From Eledone cirrhosa (taxonomy: Eukaryota): DNA of 64,000 nt. How positions within the stretch are numbered: position 1 is the first letter of the stretch; each line of letters starts with the position of its first letter. Below are positions 1 through 14,304 of the stretch, piece after piece. Under the pieces are notes generated by a model. That model ran no database searches and was not told where the DNA came from. It saw only the letters and a list, made by a program, of their open reading frames with translations. A program made the translations under genes and the position numbers. The DNA lies in the NCBI GenBank assembly GCA_964016885.1, contig OZ024741.1, positions 357,554,001-357,618,000 on the forward strand, given 5' to 3'.

Positions 1-390
1 CATGAGGACAGGTAGGACCAGCACGTGGAAAAAACGGATGTTGGTCCTTAGGGAGATATGAGGCTTCTTCCAGACACACCATTGAAGGGATCCAAATGCA
101 GAAGTCGCAGACCTGATTAGGCAGTCGATCTCTGCTATTATCACCACTTTTTTCTCTGCAACCAGTGAGCTGAGATATTTGAACTCTTGGAGCTGCTCAA
201 TCTGAATGCCATCAAGATGCACAATAGCTGGTGAACCATCTGTGTTAGAAATTTTGTCTTGTCTGCATTGATCCTGGGACCAAAAAGCCAAGTGAAGTGA
301 GTAATGTTGTGCAAGATATCTGTTGCTTTGGCATCATTGTCAGTGAAAATGGTGCTGTCATTGGCAAACATGAGATTTGGTTGCAGCATT
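1..390 (-). mobile_element. Degenerate RTE-clade LINE reverse transcriptase fragment (runs off window start)
   Basis: Minus-strand translation gives LMFANDSTIF (decayed YADD motif)...RINADKTKFL, then after a frameshift IEQLQEFKYLSSL...EIDCLIRSATSAFGSL...VWKKPHISLRTNIRFFHVLVLPVL, the typical RTE RT C-terminal pattern. Confidence 0.8.
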
Positions 391-1744
391 CACACCCAGG
401 TCGGCAACCAACTTATTTTTCTCTGCCGGTCTGTTCGAGATGCTTTTGGAGCCGTGATTTAATGATTTTCATAAAGACCCAACGGTGGAGAGTAGGCTAA
501 TGCCCCAGTAGTTTTTGCATTTCCTGCTGTCACCTTTCTAATGGATGTTAATGATGATAGTCTTCTTCCATCTAGGTTTTCTGTCTGATCATCATATGAG
601 TTGGATGAGCATAAGGAGTCATCATTCAAGCTGCACTGTGCCTCCAGCCTTGATCGCTTCTGCAGTGACTTGATCCAAGCCAAGGACAATCCCAAGCTCA
701 GCTGCAAAAGGAGGAGAGTGGTTACCTACCAAGGTAACCAGAACCAGGAAACTGGGGAAACCAGGCTAGAAACCATAAGTGTTCAGCTCAGGTTATATGC
801 CTTCATTTTTTTTTTTTAGAACTGATGAAGAAAAGTTTCTTAACCCTTTCATTAGCATATTTCAAATGAAAGACACTGTCTATGATTGTATAATCATGTT
901 GAAAATAATCAAAAATTTAGAAAGTTTTGGTAATATAACTAACTTTCTCACTATCAAGCTGATATTTGAAGCATAATTTAACAAAGGATTTAACAAAAAC
1001 GTTCAGTTTACAATTGTCAGGTCCAGGGTTCGATCCCTCTGCATAGCATCTTGGGCAAGTGTCTTTGCCACAGACTCGAGCTGTCGCAAGCCTTGTGAGT
1101 GAAATTGAGTAAACAGAAACTGTGGAAACCAGCCAGATGGATTGTACCTGTAATTCAAAAGTTCAGCCATGTCACATATTGTGTTGTGTTGATTCAGCTT
1201 ATGAATTACATTAAAGGTATACATGTTTGTGGAATATTCAACCATTTACACATTGATTCACGAGTTGAACATGTAGTATTCTTGAAATTATGAACTGCAA
1301 AATATTTTATGTTGTAACTTTTGTTGCTTTTATTAAACTATTGAAACTATATTGCCATTTTAAATAATAACAACTGACTTTGTGCCTAAAACACTAAGAA
1401 ATACATACATAATATCTAACCAATGTTCCCTTAGTCTAGATAAGTATATGTTGACTCAACCAACAATATACTTTTCTCATCAGACCACAATAATAAATAG
1501 TCTATTTCACATCAATAAGCTACTCATTAACTCTTTTGGGACCATATTTATAATGAAATACATTAATGATTAATGAAGAATTTTGAGAGATTTACTAAAA
1601 TTATAATTTATTTCATTACTAAATAACATAAGGTTCTTATATAGAATTATGCTCAAAAGATTTCAATTTAAAAAGAATCGCTTTAAAATGGGAACTTTTG
1701 TTTCATATAATCAGGCAAGTTTTGGGCAGGTTGGTGTTAATAAG

Positions 1745-1974
1745 GTTAACTCTTTAGCATTTACATTATTCAATATATACTATTGTATTTTTACTGTAAA
1801 GGCTTTACCTCACATAATTATCTCTCATAATATCGAAGCTATGAGATTTTGATGATATTTATTTTGAGAACAATATCTTAACATCGGTATGAGTGGTTGA
1901 TTATGACTGGTTTGAACAGAAAGAGCTGAGAGAATTTTGGCCAGATATGGCCGGCTTAAATATTAAAGGGTTAA
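1745..1974. mobile_element. piggyBac-type MITE, family 1
   Basis: TTAA-CTCTTTAGCATTTA ... TATTAAAGGG-TTAA termini; related copies near 2830-3040, 39540-39690 and 45806-45975. Confidence 0.6.
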
Positions 1975-3629
1975 AGTCATAATAGGACATCCAGTTGAGT
2001 GAACAACTGAATGTTCATCGTTGAATACATATGTGTATGTTTTGGGGTTAGGATTGAATTCACAGAAATCTTCATTTTGTGAAGGGTTCCAATACACTGA
2101 TCTAGTATGCTACAATCCAGTACTGGCCAGTTATGGTATTCATTATATTTGACAGCTGAGAACAGCCACTCTTGCTAGTATATTTATAAATGCACCCAAT
2201 ACACTCTGTAAAGTGGTTGGTGATAGGAAGGGCACCCAGCTTTAGAAAACTTGCCAAACAGATGGTTAAGAAAAATCTTCAACTGTGTCGAAGACATGAC
2301 AACCTCCCTATTGCTGGTAACAGAATGAAATGCATCCAATGTACTTTGTACAATGTAGGAATGTATGCAACTGAGATGTAGACCTCGGCCCATCTGAGAA
2401 GTACTGACTTGGTTGGACCCATCCAACCCTTGCTAGCAGGAAAAGGGAATGTTAAATGATGATGAATGTTAAATGACAATGATATCTCTCCCAAAACATC
2501 CTAGCATTCAACCACCTCTGCAGCCCTATGTGAAATGATGTAATGCAAAATTAAATGCCTTTTTTAAAAACACAATAACTTATTTCAGCACATTTAAACA
2601 CCTGGTTGATTAGCTGGTAGTCATTCTGCCTCTGCACAGTAATAAGAGGAAATCTCTATGTGATTACTGAACCTGCTTGAAATAACAGTTACATCTATTT
2701 TGAATCATAGAAGGATATATCAAATAACTTAGTAAACCTTTTCATTGTCATATTTCTAAGACACTGCCTATTATATTGAAAACAATCAAGAATTTATAGA
2801 GACTTTGTAATGTAACTTTCTCATTATTCACCCTTTAGCATTTACATTATTCTATATTTACTATTGTATTTTCGTGGTAAAGGCTTTATTTCACATAATT
2901 ATTACACATAATATCAAATCTATGAGATTTTAATATTATTTATTTTGAGAACCAGACCTTAACATAAGTATGAGCAGCTGGTTATTGCTGGTTTGAACAG
3001 AAAGAGGTGAGAGAATTCTGGTCAGATACAGCCAGTTTAACTGCTCCAAATTCTTGATTATTTTCAAATTTATTTGAAAATCATGAGCAGTATCTTTCAT
3101 TAAAAATATGATAACAAAAGGGTTAATCTCTCAAAGTTAATTTACATACTTAGAGGAAGGAAATTCTGGTATTTGTTTGTAGGCAAGGATGGACAACTAT
3201 GAACAGGTTTTTTAGTCTACTAGGTCTTGTCAATATAATGCAGTCTAACAAAACCTGACAATCAGTTGATAGAATTTTAGCGATAGAAAAATAATCTTAA
3301 TTTTCCAAATAATAAATAATTATGTAGATTTTAGTGAAATAATTAACTTTCAACTTAATAAAAAATAAATGTTTACTCTTAAGATAGTTGATTTAACCTG
3401 TTGTCTGGTTTAACACCACCACCTGGCTCTTGAGTGTCTTTAACAGAGTCTATTCTGTTGCAAGCTTTTGATCCAGGTCCCTAGTTTAAGAATACCGTCC
3501 TTCCCACATATTTTGGGGGTCCTAAAACGGGTTATGATTACTATCCTTCTCTCCCTGACTAAATAGTACAAAACATATAATATAATGTAATAAAGCATGA
3601 TAATTCTTAATATATATAAATATATAGAG

Positions 3630-3842
3630 TGGTGGATTGGCAGAATTAGTACAGCATTGAATAAAATGCCATTGTGGCATTTGCTTTAGCTCTTAACATT
3701 CTGAGTTCAAATCCTACTGAGGTCAACTTTGCTTTTCATTCTTCAAGAGTGAATAAAATATAGAACCACTCATGAACTGGAGTTGATTTAAACAACTTTG
3801 TCCTTATCCCAAATTCACTGGCCTTGTGTCTAAATTAGAAAT
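3630..3842 (+). mobile_element. tRNA-derived SINE (family S1)
   Basis: GTGGATTGGCAG head, GAGTTCAAATC B-box, central ACTTTGCTTTTCATT...AATAAAAT block, GGCCTTGTGTC tail. Other copies at about 4480-4632(-), 5025-5198(+), 38522-38641(-), 40375-40570(+), 43965-44085(+). Confidence 0.7.
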
Positions 3843-6764
3843 CAATATATGTATCATCATCATCATCATCATCATCATGTAACTTCTGTTTTCCCTGCTA
3901 GCAAGTGTTGAATGGGTCACTAGAGAGCAAGCAAGTATTTAATCAGAGTTACTGACCTCTTAGATGAGCTGGGGGTGGCATCTCACTTACATACATTCTT
4001 GTACTCTACATTTAAATCCATACAACAGATTTATATCAATTGTTGTTAGAAGAGAAAATAATAAATCTCTCCAAATGCTTGATTATTTTTCAAATTGATT
4101 TGAAAGTCATTTGTTTTTCATAGAAACATTGTAATGAAAAGCTAATATGTAACAAGAATTTTGTTTTTTGCCCTGTAAAATATGCAATTATATTACTGTA
4201 AATTGTAAAAATGATAACATAGAATCATGTTACTGTAAAACACTTTATAATAAAATCTGCTGGAACATAATTTGATGTTCAAATTTTATGTAAATCACAT
4301 TTTATTCTTTCGGGATCAATAATATTGACCAAATACAGTTCACTTTAAATGATTGAGAGTGATTCTGATTTGATGTTAAATTATTAGCATTGCCCAAATT
4401 TTAAGGCAGATCTTCATATAGCATTACTGAATGAAACAAATCCATTTTACTAAAAATATAATAGTAATAATAATAATAATTGTATCTACTTTTGGCACAA
4501 AGCCAGCAATTTCCCCAACATTACCTGTAAGGATGGAACTAACCTTGGCGGGATTTGAACTCAGATTATAAAGGGCTGTAACTCTATGTTGCAAAACATG
4601 GTGTCTGACGCTCTACCGATACTGCCAATCCACCATAGTAATAGAAAAATGTTTTAAATGCCTTGTTCTGTAACTATAGCAACAAACTTTACACTAAATG
4701 TACCAATTTATTGTCAAGAACTGTAAATGAGATTTAAGTCTAATTTTTCTCACAGTCAATAATAATAGCCAATAGTTATTAGATATAATTCAAGTTGAGT
4801 CATGACACACCCCAAATACAAAGTTCCCTCATTCTTTATGTATACACAGCCACACCCATGCATACAGACATGTATGCATTCCCTACACACATACACACTC
4901 ATATATATATATGTATATACAAATTTATACACACATATTGAGGACTTATCTAAAAGTTTGAAAATTCCTGATTTATATTGTAGAATATGATTTACACCCT
5001 ACTATGATTATTTTATAATAATTATTGGATTGGCAGTATCAGTAGAGCGTCAGACACCATGCTTTGCAGCATAGAGTTATGGCCTTTTATGTTCTGAGTT
5101 CAAATCTCGCCGAGGTTAGCTTTGCCTTTCATCCTTACGGGGGTTGATAAAGTAATGCACTAGGGTAATTGCTGGCCTTGTGCCAAAAGTAGAAGCAATT
5201 ATTATGCTGTACCAGTCAAATACTGGTATTCCCTGTCTATAATTTATGGCCTTGTGTCTGTGTTAGAAACAATTATTCTTATCATTTAATAATATTTTAT
5301 TGTCCAACCTATGCCAGCATGGAAAGCAGATGTAAAATGATGATGATGGTGGTGGTGGTTGTAGTAGTGATGATGATGATTACTGGCAATGCTTTTGCCA
5401 TTTAACTATTTTGATATGAAACTGCCTCTGCTTTTACAATACAAAGTGTATATATATATTTATCTAAAAACTTTCCATCATAATTTTATGTAAGGACTTC
5501 TTAAGTTATATGCCAAACACCAGCTTAATAATGAGAAAGTTAGTTATTTTACTAAATGTTTCCAAATTCTTGATTATTTTCAAATTTATTTGCAATGTCT
5601 TTTATCAGAAATATGGTAGCAAAAAAAGTTAAATGGATTCTTTGAATTACATTCTAAGAATTGTTAGTCAAAATATAACATTTAACTTTCAAACAGACAA
5701 TTTCACTTGCATGTTTGCCCATATGCATATAGAAAGCAGAATTATGCCGCTCCTTTATTATTTTCTCTTGGTGAAATTCCAAATCACCAGTCCGTCTTGC
5801 AGAGATACTGTACTGTATTGTTAGCCTCTTGTATTCCAAAGTTCATTTTAATGTCTTTACCAAACTAAGATTATACATTTTTAGACTATTAATTTCATCT
5901 AAGAGACAAATCTTTTTTTCTTTATAGTGAGTGTTTCCAAAAAATGTATACCTATTTCAACAGCATTGTAATCACAGTGTGTATACATTTTGGAGGGAGA
6001 CCCTATATTTATGTCTACATATACACAACTCAGTGACTTCTAGATAAAAATGCAATTCCCATAGTTTGGAAATTAAAGTCACTAGAAATAAATGTTCTTA
6101 GTTTAAGATTAAGGTTCCTTCTTGTATTCTGCACACATCCAAAAATAAGGGACCTGATGATAATTGGAGATTAAACTGATAGAAATGAAATATAGATGTA
6201 CTAGGATTTTTTTCAACATGCTGGCGTGTATGTATATATGTGTGTGTGCGTGTGTGTGTATGTGCATATGCATACATTTATATGTACAAGTATATAAATA
6301 TAAACGTGCAAACACAACACACAAAAATACACACTCACAGACATACATTCACATAAATACACATACATTCATGCAAGCACACACATACATTCACACAAAC
6401 ATACACACACATATATTTACACAAACACACACGCCACAAACATACATTTACACAAACATACACATACACTCACACACAACATAGCTAATGGAACGCCGGC
6501 TGCTGTTTTACTATAGTGTTTTCACCATCCCCTTCCTTTCTCTTACACGCACATACATTCACACAAACACATAAATGTACATTGTGTGATGGACAGACGG
6601 ACAGACGGAAGTAGCTCAAATTTATATATAGAGGAATTACTCCCCACCCCCACCCCCACCCCAAAAAGTGTCTCAAAAGGTGATATAATATTATAACATG
6701 AAGTAAATCATTAAAATATTACCGACTGCAATGGAACTGAAATTCTTATGTCTGAGATATAAGA

Positions 6765-7385
6765 AAACTGTAGCAGTAGTTATGATGTTCTACAAATATA
6801 CTAGAGTTAAAGTACAATAATTTGATGGAGACATCGATTTCTTTGACATCAATGCAGATGTCTGGCAACATGATATGCAGGCACCATTCCTGTTTATCAT
6901 CAGCCTGGACTATGTCCTTTGCACTTCAATTGACAAAATTGAAGAACTCAGCTTCACTCTAAGAAAATCCACCTCCCTTTACCACCCAGCCACAACAATA
7001 ACTGATGCTGATAATGCTAACGATATCAAAAGAGTTGGTATTGATATCAACAAATCAAAAACTGAATACATCTGCTGCAATCAGGATGGTTCAATAAATA
7101 CAATGAAACAAAATTCTTTAAAATTTGTGGACTCCTTTGTATACTTAGAAAGCAGCATCACATCCATGGAAAAGAATATAAAAATTTGTCTCCTAATAGC
7201 ATGGACTATTTTTGATGACCTCAGTGTTTTCTGGAAGTCCTCACTATCAGTTTCTTCTGTGCTACAGTGGAATCTGTAGTTTTATAAGGGTTCACTACTT
7301 GATATGAAAAAAGGCTTGATAGCATTTACATCTACATATTGAAAGTCATTCTGAATATCCCGTGAATTTTACACTGGCATTGTAT
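6765..7385 (+). mobile_element. Degenerate non-LTR retrotransposon RT fragment (RTE-like)
   Basis: DGDIDFFDINADVWQHDMQAPFLFIISLDYVL...TITDADNAND...INKSKTEYI...VDSFVYLESS are decayed QG, YADD and YLGS motifs with an internal deletion. Confidence 0.75.
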
Positions 7386-7749
7386 GAAACTCAGATATTG
7401 TATTCAATACCTAGGCATTCTACAGAATGCTTAAGACTTCAAGGCAAGGTAATAAATATGTGCATGTTATTCTGGCCTTATATACTTTACCAAGATAATC
7501 TACAGAATGCACAGGAAAAGTGTACAAACCTTACAGTTTTAGGCATTCTGTAGAATGCTGGATTCCCTGCTTTGTTGGCAATATATATACTAGTTGAAAG
7601 GAGGAGGTTGTTCTCCTACTAGTACACACACACATCGACAGTCGACAGTCAATCAACAAGACCCCAAACCTCATTTGTGGGGTGGAGCTTGTCAAATTGG
7701 TCCAAGGAAACAATGTTTCCATTGGCCTTTCTAATTTCTAATACTATCT

Positions 7750-7875
7750 GTCAGTAGAAGGAGCAATGTGAAATAAAGTGTTACTCAAGGACATAACACA
7801 TCGCCCGGTCTGGTAATCGAAATCACAACCTCATGATTGCAAATCTAATTCTCTAACCACTCAGCCATGCACCTT
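7750..7875 (-). mobile_element. tRNA-headed SINE with CORE-like block (family S2)
   Basis: Reverse complement has GTGGTTAG A-box, TTCGA B-box and TCCTTGAGTAACACTTTATTTCACATTGCTCC. Copies at about 1000-1140(+), 8450-8565(-), 22950-23080(-), 32270-32390(-), 45110-45250(-), 49000-49260(+). Confidence 0.6.
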
Positions 7876-7904
7876 CACGCATACACACACACACACACAC
7901 ACAT

Positions 7905-7961
<57 letters not shown>

Positions 7962-8562
7962 AAGAATCTATGTTTAGAAAATACCGAGTGGGGTTTGAAA
8001 ATTGAATAGAATAGTTTACCATAACTTTGACATATAAACCCACTGAATGGAAACCATCTTTTTCCATTCAGTGGGTTTATACACCCTGTTATTATTAGAC
8101 TTTTATTTTGTGAAAGTTACATTGAAGTCTTCTAATTCAATATATTATATATATCCATGCAAGCCTGGAAAGGCTGTCAGAAAATGCTGATGATATGTAT
8201 GATATACATCACCATTTAATGTTTTCCCTGCTGGCACTCATATATATATATATCATCATCATCATCATTTCATTTTACGTCCGCTTTTTCCCTGCTTGCA
8301 AGGGTGGGACGGGAACTGATTCTGGCTTGATTTCTACAGCTGGATGCCCTTCTTAACACCAACCTCATTTACAGTGAGTGCTGTGTGCTTTTTTGCCGTG
8401 GCACCTGCACGACCACTTTGCAGTGGAATATGGACCCCAGTCCCTATCATCTCATTTCTACAGCTGAGTAAACTGGAGCAATGTGAAATAAAGTGTCTTG
8501 CTCAAGGAAACAACACATCACCCAGTCTGAGAATTGAACTCACAACCTTTCGATTGCAAGGC

Positions 8563-8595
<33 letters not shown>

Positions 8596-8598
<3 letters not shown>

Positions 8599-9040
8599 TC
8601 ATCATCATCATCGTTTAACGTCCATGTTCCATGCTTGCATGGGTTTGGACGGGGGTTTTCCCACTTGAGGCAAGAGTGGTTGTCTTGCTCGCATAAGACT
8701 GTGTGGCGGGTTTTCTACAGCTGGATGACCTTCCTAACACCAACCACATTTACAGTGTGGGGCTGGGAGGTTTTTACCGTGTTGCCTACGCGGCCACATT
8801 ACAGCGTGGACTGTGTGTTTTTTTGTCGTGACACCTACACGATCTCATTTGTTTCGGCTTGGATGGCGCGGCACCAACATAACTTTACATTGAAAGGGGC
8901 GGTGTGGATGAGGTGGGGGTGGTGGGACGGGGGTGTATTTTGTTAGAGATGCCTACTGACTGTAGTAAGTTTTACTTTGTATTTAGGTAAGGCGGGTCTT
9001 CTCTATTACTGAGTACCGCCAAAGGTCTCGGTCCAGTGAC
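8596..9040 (-). mobile_element. RTE LINE 3' end (ORF end, 3'UTR, (GAT)n tail)
   Basis: SLDRDLWRYSVIEKTR* followed by the 3'UTR and (GAT)n tail shared with the longer copies at 9724-10995 and 60070-61471. Confidence 0.85.
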
Positions 9041-9065
9041 ATATATATATATATAAATGAATTTA

Positions 9066-9713
9066 TAGAGAGACTAAGCTGGAGAGGAGATTGCATTGGT
9101 ATGGACATGTGATGTGTATGAAGGACAACAGCTGTATAAAAGAGTGCAGGACAATCAAAATTGATGGAAGGTACGGAGTGGGTAGACCCAGAAAAACCTA
9201 GGATGTGGTGATAAAAACTGACCTTTTCCACTTACACCTCTCTAAGGGAATGTCACTGGATCGAATGTCAACTGGCGTTACACAGTTATACAGAAGACCT
9301 GCCTTCCCTTATGTACAAACTTAAACCTACAGTCAGTAGGCACCTCTTAATCCAATATACACCCCACCCCACACCCTCTACTCCATCCTCCCAATTCCAT
9401 CCACACCGCTCTTTCTCAGTAAAGTTATGTTGGTACCACAGAACATCCAACCCACACTGTAAAGTGGTCATGTAGGTGACACGACAAAAAACACCCAGTC
9501 TACACTGTAAAGTGGTCGTGTAAGAGACCACGGTAAAAAGGCTCCCAGTCCACACTGTAAATATGGTTGGCGTTAGGAAGGGCATCCAGCCGTAGAAACA
9601 GTTCTATACAAGCGAGACACAGCCACCCGACCAATCTTGCCTCAAGTAGGACAAACCTGTCCATTCCATGCTAGCGTGGAAGATGGACGTTAAATGATGG
9701 TGATGATGATGAT
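9066..9713 (+). mobile_element. RTE LINE 3' end, opposite orientation
   Basis: ERRLHWYGHVMCMKDNSCIKEC...GVGRPRKT, then the same 3'UTR ending GGACGTTAAATGATGGTGATGATGAT. Confidence 0.85.
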
Positions 9714-9723
9714 ATATATATAT

Positions 9724-10995
9724 CATCATCATCATCATCGTTTAACGTCTATCTTCTACGCTAGCATGGGTTTAGACGGGAATTGTCCCACTTAAGGCAA
9801 TATTGGTCGTCTCACTCGTATAGGACTGTCTGGCAGGTTTTCTACAGCTGAATGCCCTTCCTAACACCAACCACATTTACAGTGTGGACTGGGAGGTTTT
9901 TACTGTGTTACCTACACGGCCACATTACACCGTGGAGTGTGTTTTTTTGTTGTGACACCTACACGACCTAATTTATTTAGGACTGGATGTTGTGGTACCA
10001 ACATAACTTAACAGAGAAAGGGGTGGTGTTGATGGCGGTGGGGGTGGGGTGGAGTAGGAGTAGTGGGATGGAGGTGTATATTTGGTTAAGAGGTACCTAC
10101 TGACTGTAGGTTTCGCTTTGTACATTGGCAAATGCGGGTCTTCTGTATTACAGCGTAACGCCAAAGATCTCGGTCCAGTGACATTGTCTTGGAGAAGTGT
10201 AAGTGTGTGAGGTCGGAATTTATCAAATCGTCCCAGGTTTTTCTGGGTCTGCCTACTCCGTAACTTCCATCAATTTTGATCGCCCTGCACTTTTTTATAC
10301 AGCTGTCGTCTTTCATGTGCATCACCTGGCCATACCAACGCAGTCTTCTCTGAGTAAACAGCATCTGATCCCTCTTATTCCTAATTTCTCACTTAGTTCA
10401 TTTATGTTTTGCCGTTCACGTATATTACTATTACACATCCAACGGAACATGCATGCTTCGTTCCTCTCCAGTCTGCGTAGATCCTAGGCACACAATGCCC
10501 AGGTCTCACTGCCATGTAACATTGCTGTTCGTATGCAGGCATCATACAGCCTGCCTTTCATGTTTAGAGAGAAACCTTTAGCGGCCAATAGTGGTATAAG
10601 TTCTCTGAACTTTTTCCATCCCGTTCTGACTCTGGCTACTGTACTTTCAGAGCACCCTCCACCACTGCTGATTTTGTCACCCAGGTAACGGAAGGTGTCC
10701 ACTATTTCTATAGAACCATCTGGGCAATAGAAGGAGCTAGTATCCTGTGGGCACTTGCTACTTATTGCACCTGAGCACTGGCCACATATAAAATCTACGT
10801 TCTTAGATAGCTTACCTGTGATCCCACTACATCTTTTATGCACCCATACTTTGCATTTGGGACATAAAATGGAATTTCTCCCTACTCCTTTCCTACACAC
10901 ATTTCCCAGAGGAGACCTGTGCCCTATTTTCCTTCCTACATACTAGAACTTTAGTCTTAGACAAGTTAACTTTAAGGCCTTTTGATTCTAGGCCA
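9724..10995 (-). mobile_element. 5'-truncated RTE LINE with PHD-like finger inside ORF2
   Basis: ORFs 10484-10900 and 10086-10364: CRKGVGRNSILCPKCKVWVHKRC...CGQC, VDTFRYLGD, MLHGSETWA, RRLRWYG, GRPRKTW; 3'UTR and (GAT)n tail. Confidence 0.9.
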
Positions 10996-11010
10996 AATAT
11001 ATAATATTTA

Positions 11011-11610
11011 TATCAATAATATTAATAAATGGAAAATATCTTTATAAAACCGTATTTAATTTATCATACATATTTCAAGGGCACCAGTATTTTGGTACGC
11101 TTTCGTCAGATAAAATACAATATTTGGTTTAAATATAGTGACATATCGAAATCTGAACTTAATGTTATGAGTACAATGCAGTTCATAACATTAAGTTCAT
11201 ATGTTGATATGTCACTATATTTAAACTAAATATTGTATTTTATCTGACGAAAGCGTACCAAAATACTGGTACCCTTGAAATATGTATAATAAAATAAATA
11301 TGGTTTTATAAAGATATGTTGGTACCACAACATCCAGTCCAAAATAAATGTTGTGTAGGTGTCACGACAAAAAAACACACAGTCCACGCTGTAATGTGGG
11401 CGTGTAGGTAACACAGTAAAAACCTACCAGTCCACACTGTAAACGTGGTTGGTGTAGAAAACCTGCCAGACAGTCCTATACGAGCGAGACATGGTCACCT
11501 GACCATTCTTACCTCAAGTAGGACAACTCCCGTCTAAACCCATGCTTGATATTATACTCCAGAAGAAATCTGTTGAGTGCTTCTAATCTGTTATAAATTG
11601 ACAAATAACT
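11011..11610. mobile_element. Non-coding fold-back PLE-derived element A1 (inverted arms, hammerhead, one-sided tail), interrupted by an RTE-tail fragment at 11318-11547
   Basis: 11036-11170 is the reverse complement of 11183-11317 (12-nt loop). Tail at 11548-11610 resembles those of A2 and A3 and runs into (TA)n. Confidence 0.8.
11236..11296 (+). ncRNA. Minimal type I hammerhead ribozyme motif (mirror copy about 11057-11117 on minus strand)
   Basis: Stem I TATTTTAT/ATAAAATA, core CTGACGA 11244-11250, stem II AAGCGTACCA/TGGTACCCTT, GAAA 11277-11280, short stem III, predicted AUA cleavage triplet. Confidence 0.7.
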
Positions 11611-11617
11611 CATTGTT

Positions 11618-11667
<50 letters not shown>

Positions 11668-11677
11668 ATGATGATGA

Positions 11678-11725
<48 letters not shown>

Positions 11726-11741
11726 ATGATGATGATGATGA

Positions 11742-11872
<131 letters not shown>

Positions 11873-13992
11873 CTGTTTTATTATTTCTTTTTACACATAG
11901 GGCTTTTCTCTTCAATTCCCATTCTTTTCTGTATCTTTTTAATTTGTCCCTTTCTCCAAGTTGAAACTTATACTCACAACTATTTCCCATATTTCAAGAA
12001 AAATGTTCAAAACTTATATGAAACTGTAAAGTGATATGTAAAACACAGACACAATTTAGGTTTGACTGTCTTTGCTACATGGGAACAAGAGTTAACTGTG
12101 TCAGCTGTAAAGTATTTCATGTTTTTTATTTTGTTTTTTGGTAGATATTTAAAAATAACTGTAAAATACTAAAATTAGTTTTAAAAAGTTAATAAATATT
12201 TTTTAATGATTTCAAAGCAATGTAGAAATGACATCATCAATGTAAAATGACATTTTTTATAACCTGCCAGTTTAGAATACATTAATTTTATATACACATT
12301 ATGATGATGATGATGATTATACAAGTTTTTTCTTCTGTTGTGTTTTAAACAGAGAAAATGGTTTGATTAACAATAGTATTTGTATCTTCTAGGTCTCATG
12401 TTTGACATATAGGGTGTCTGAGATAATTCAGAAATCTCTAATAAAATAACAAAAATTGAAAAGATTATAAATATCACCAACCCCATCACCATTATTTAAA
12501 ATCCATTTTCTCATGTTGGCATGGGTATGACTAATATTTATGTGCATATACATATATATATATATGCACATAAATATTAGATATATAATATATTTAAACA
12601 TATACACCCACGCACACATTCACATACATACATATAATATATATCATCATCATCATCATTTAATGTTCATTTTCCATGCTAGTAAGGGTTGGATGGGTCG
12701 TTACAGACTCAGAGGGAGCTACAGACTTCTTAGATGGGCCAGGAGCCAACATCTCACTTACTTACATTCTTGCTCTCTGCCAAATACACAGGTGGGTTTA
12801 GAGCCTGCGTCTCACTTTGTAAATGTTTCTAAATTCTATCATGTCACCAGTACTAGGGAGATTATCATGTCTTTAACACAGCTGAAGAATCCTCCTGACC
12901 CTTTGTTTGGCAGGTTTTCTACAGTTGGGTGCTTTTCCTATCATCCACCACTTTACAGAGTGTACTAAGTGTCTTTATCATGTTGATCACCAGCACTAGG
13001 GAATTTGTGTATCTTTAACACAGCTGAAGAATCCTCCTGACACTTTGTTTGGTAGGTTTTCTATAGTTGGATGCTCTTCCTATCTCCATCTTTATGTATG
13101 TATATATATATATATATTACTCTATTACCAGCCAACAGGCTGAGGCCATGCTGGGGCACTGCCATTGACATATATATATATATATATCAAATTAAAAAAC
13201 GGAGTTGAAGACTCACGTTAATCCCCTGTAATTTAATGAGCTCAAGGAATAAGTACTGGGCTCTTTATAATACAATATATAGAGAAGAATATACAAAGAG
13301 GTATGTGTTCAATTATAGTGGATAGAATACCACCAGAGTGAAAAACAAAGTCTACGAAAGGGATGGGGAATACATATCAATTAAAAGAATAAATTAAAAT
13401 GCACAAACCAGCCTTTTATAACTATAAACACCTGGACAAACTCTATTACCTAATTTGAGTACCAACCTGGTCTGTGACAACCTGTCCAACCCTTGTTAGC
13501 AGGGAAAGTGGATGTTATATGATGATGACACTGCTGCTACTGATATAGATATATCATCATCATCATCATCATTTTACGTCCGCTTTTCCCTGCTTGCAAG
13601 GATGGGACGGGTCCTATTCAGCACAGCATCTCTCCACTTGTCACGGTCCTTCGTCATCTCCACCGTGAACTTCAGTGATCTGAGGTCTGCTCTCACCACC
13701 TCCGCCCATGTTTTTCGTGGTCTTCCTCATATATATATATGTATATATATATATATGTATCATCATCATCATCATCATCAGGTTTAGCGTCCGTGTTCCA
13801 CGCTTGCATGGGTTTGGACGGGGGTTTTCCCACTTGAGGCAAGAGTGGTTGTCTTGCTCGCATAGGACTGTCTGGCGGGTTTTCTACAGTTGCATGCCCT
13901 TCCTAACACCAACCACATTTACAGTGTGGGGCTGGGAGGTTTTTACCGTGTTGCCTACACGGCCACATTTACAGCGTGGACTGTGTGATATA

Positions 13993-14037
<45 letters not shown>

Positions 14038-14074
14038 ATATATATATATGTATGTATGTATGTGTGTGTGTATG

Positions 14075-14298
14075 TGGATCCTGAGTAAAATCAGGGGTAA
14101 TCACAGTTAAAATGTACTCAATACATTAGTAGAATGTAAACATCATTATTTAATATAGAAATTCCTTCTACAGGACTAGAACCCTTTCATTCATATGAAA
14201 TCTTTAGGAATGCCAGGTGACATAGAAAGTCATTGATATTTATAGGTTTCCTAGTGGTGGGGGGCCCTATTTTAAAGAGCAGATGTCAAGTAGGGGAA
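14075..14298 (-). mobile_element. Single-arm PLE-derived element B2 with decayed hammerhead
   Basis: Colinear with 17517-17655 (GGGGTAAYCACAGT, GTACTCAATACAT, TTTAATATAGAAAT); core decayed to CTAAAGA-TTTC..GAAT-GAAA. Confidence 0.65.
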
Positions 14299-14304
14299 TA
14301 TATA

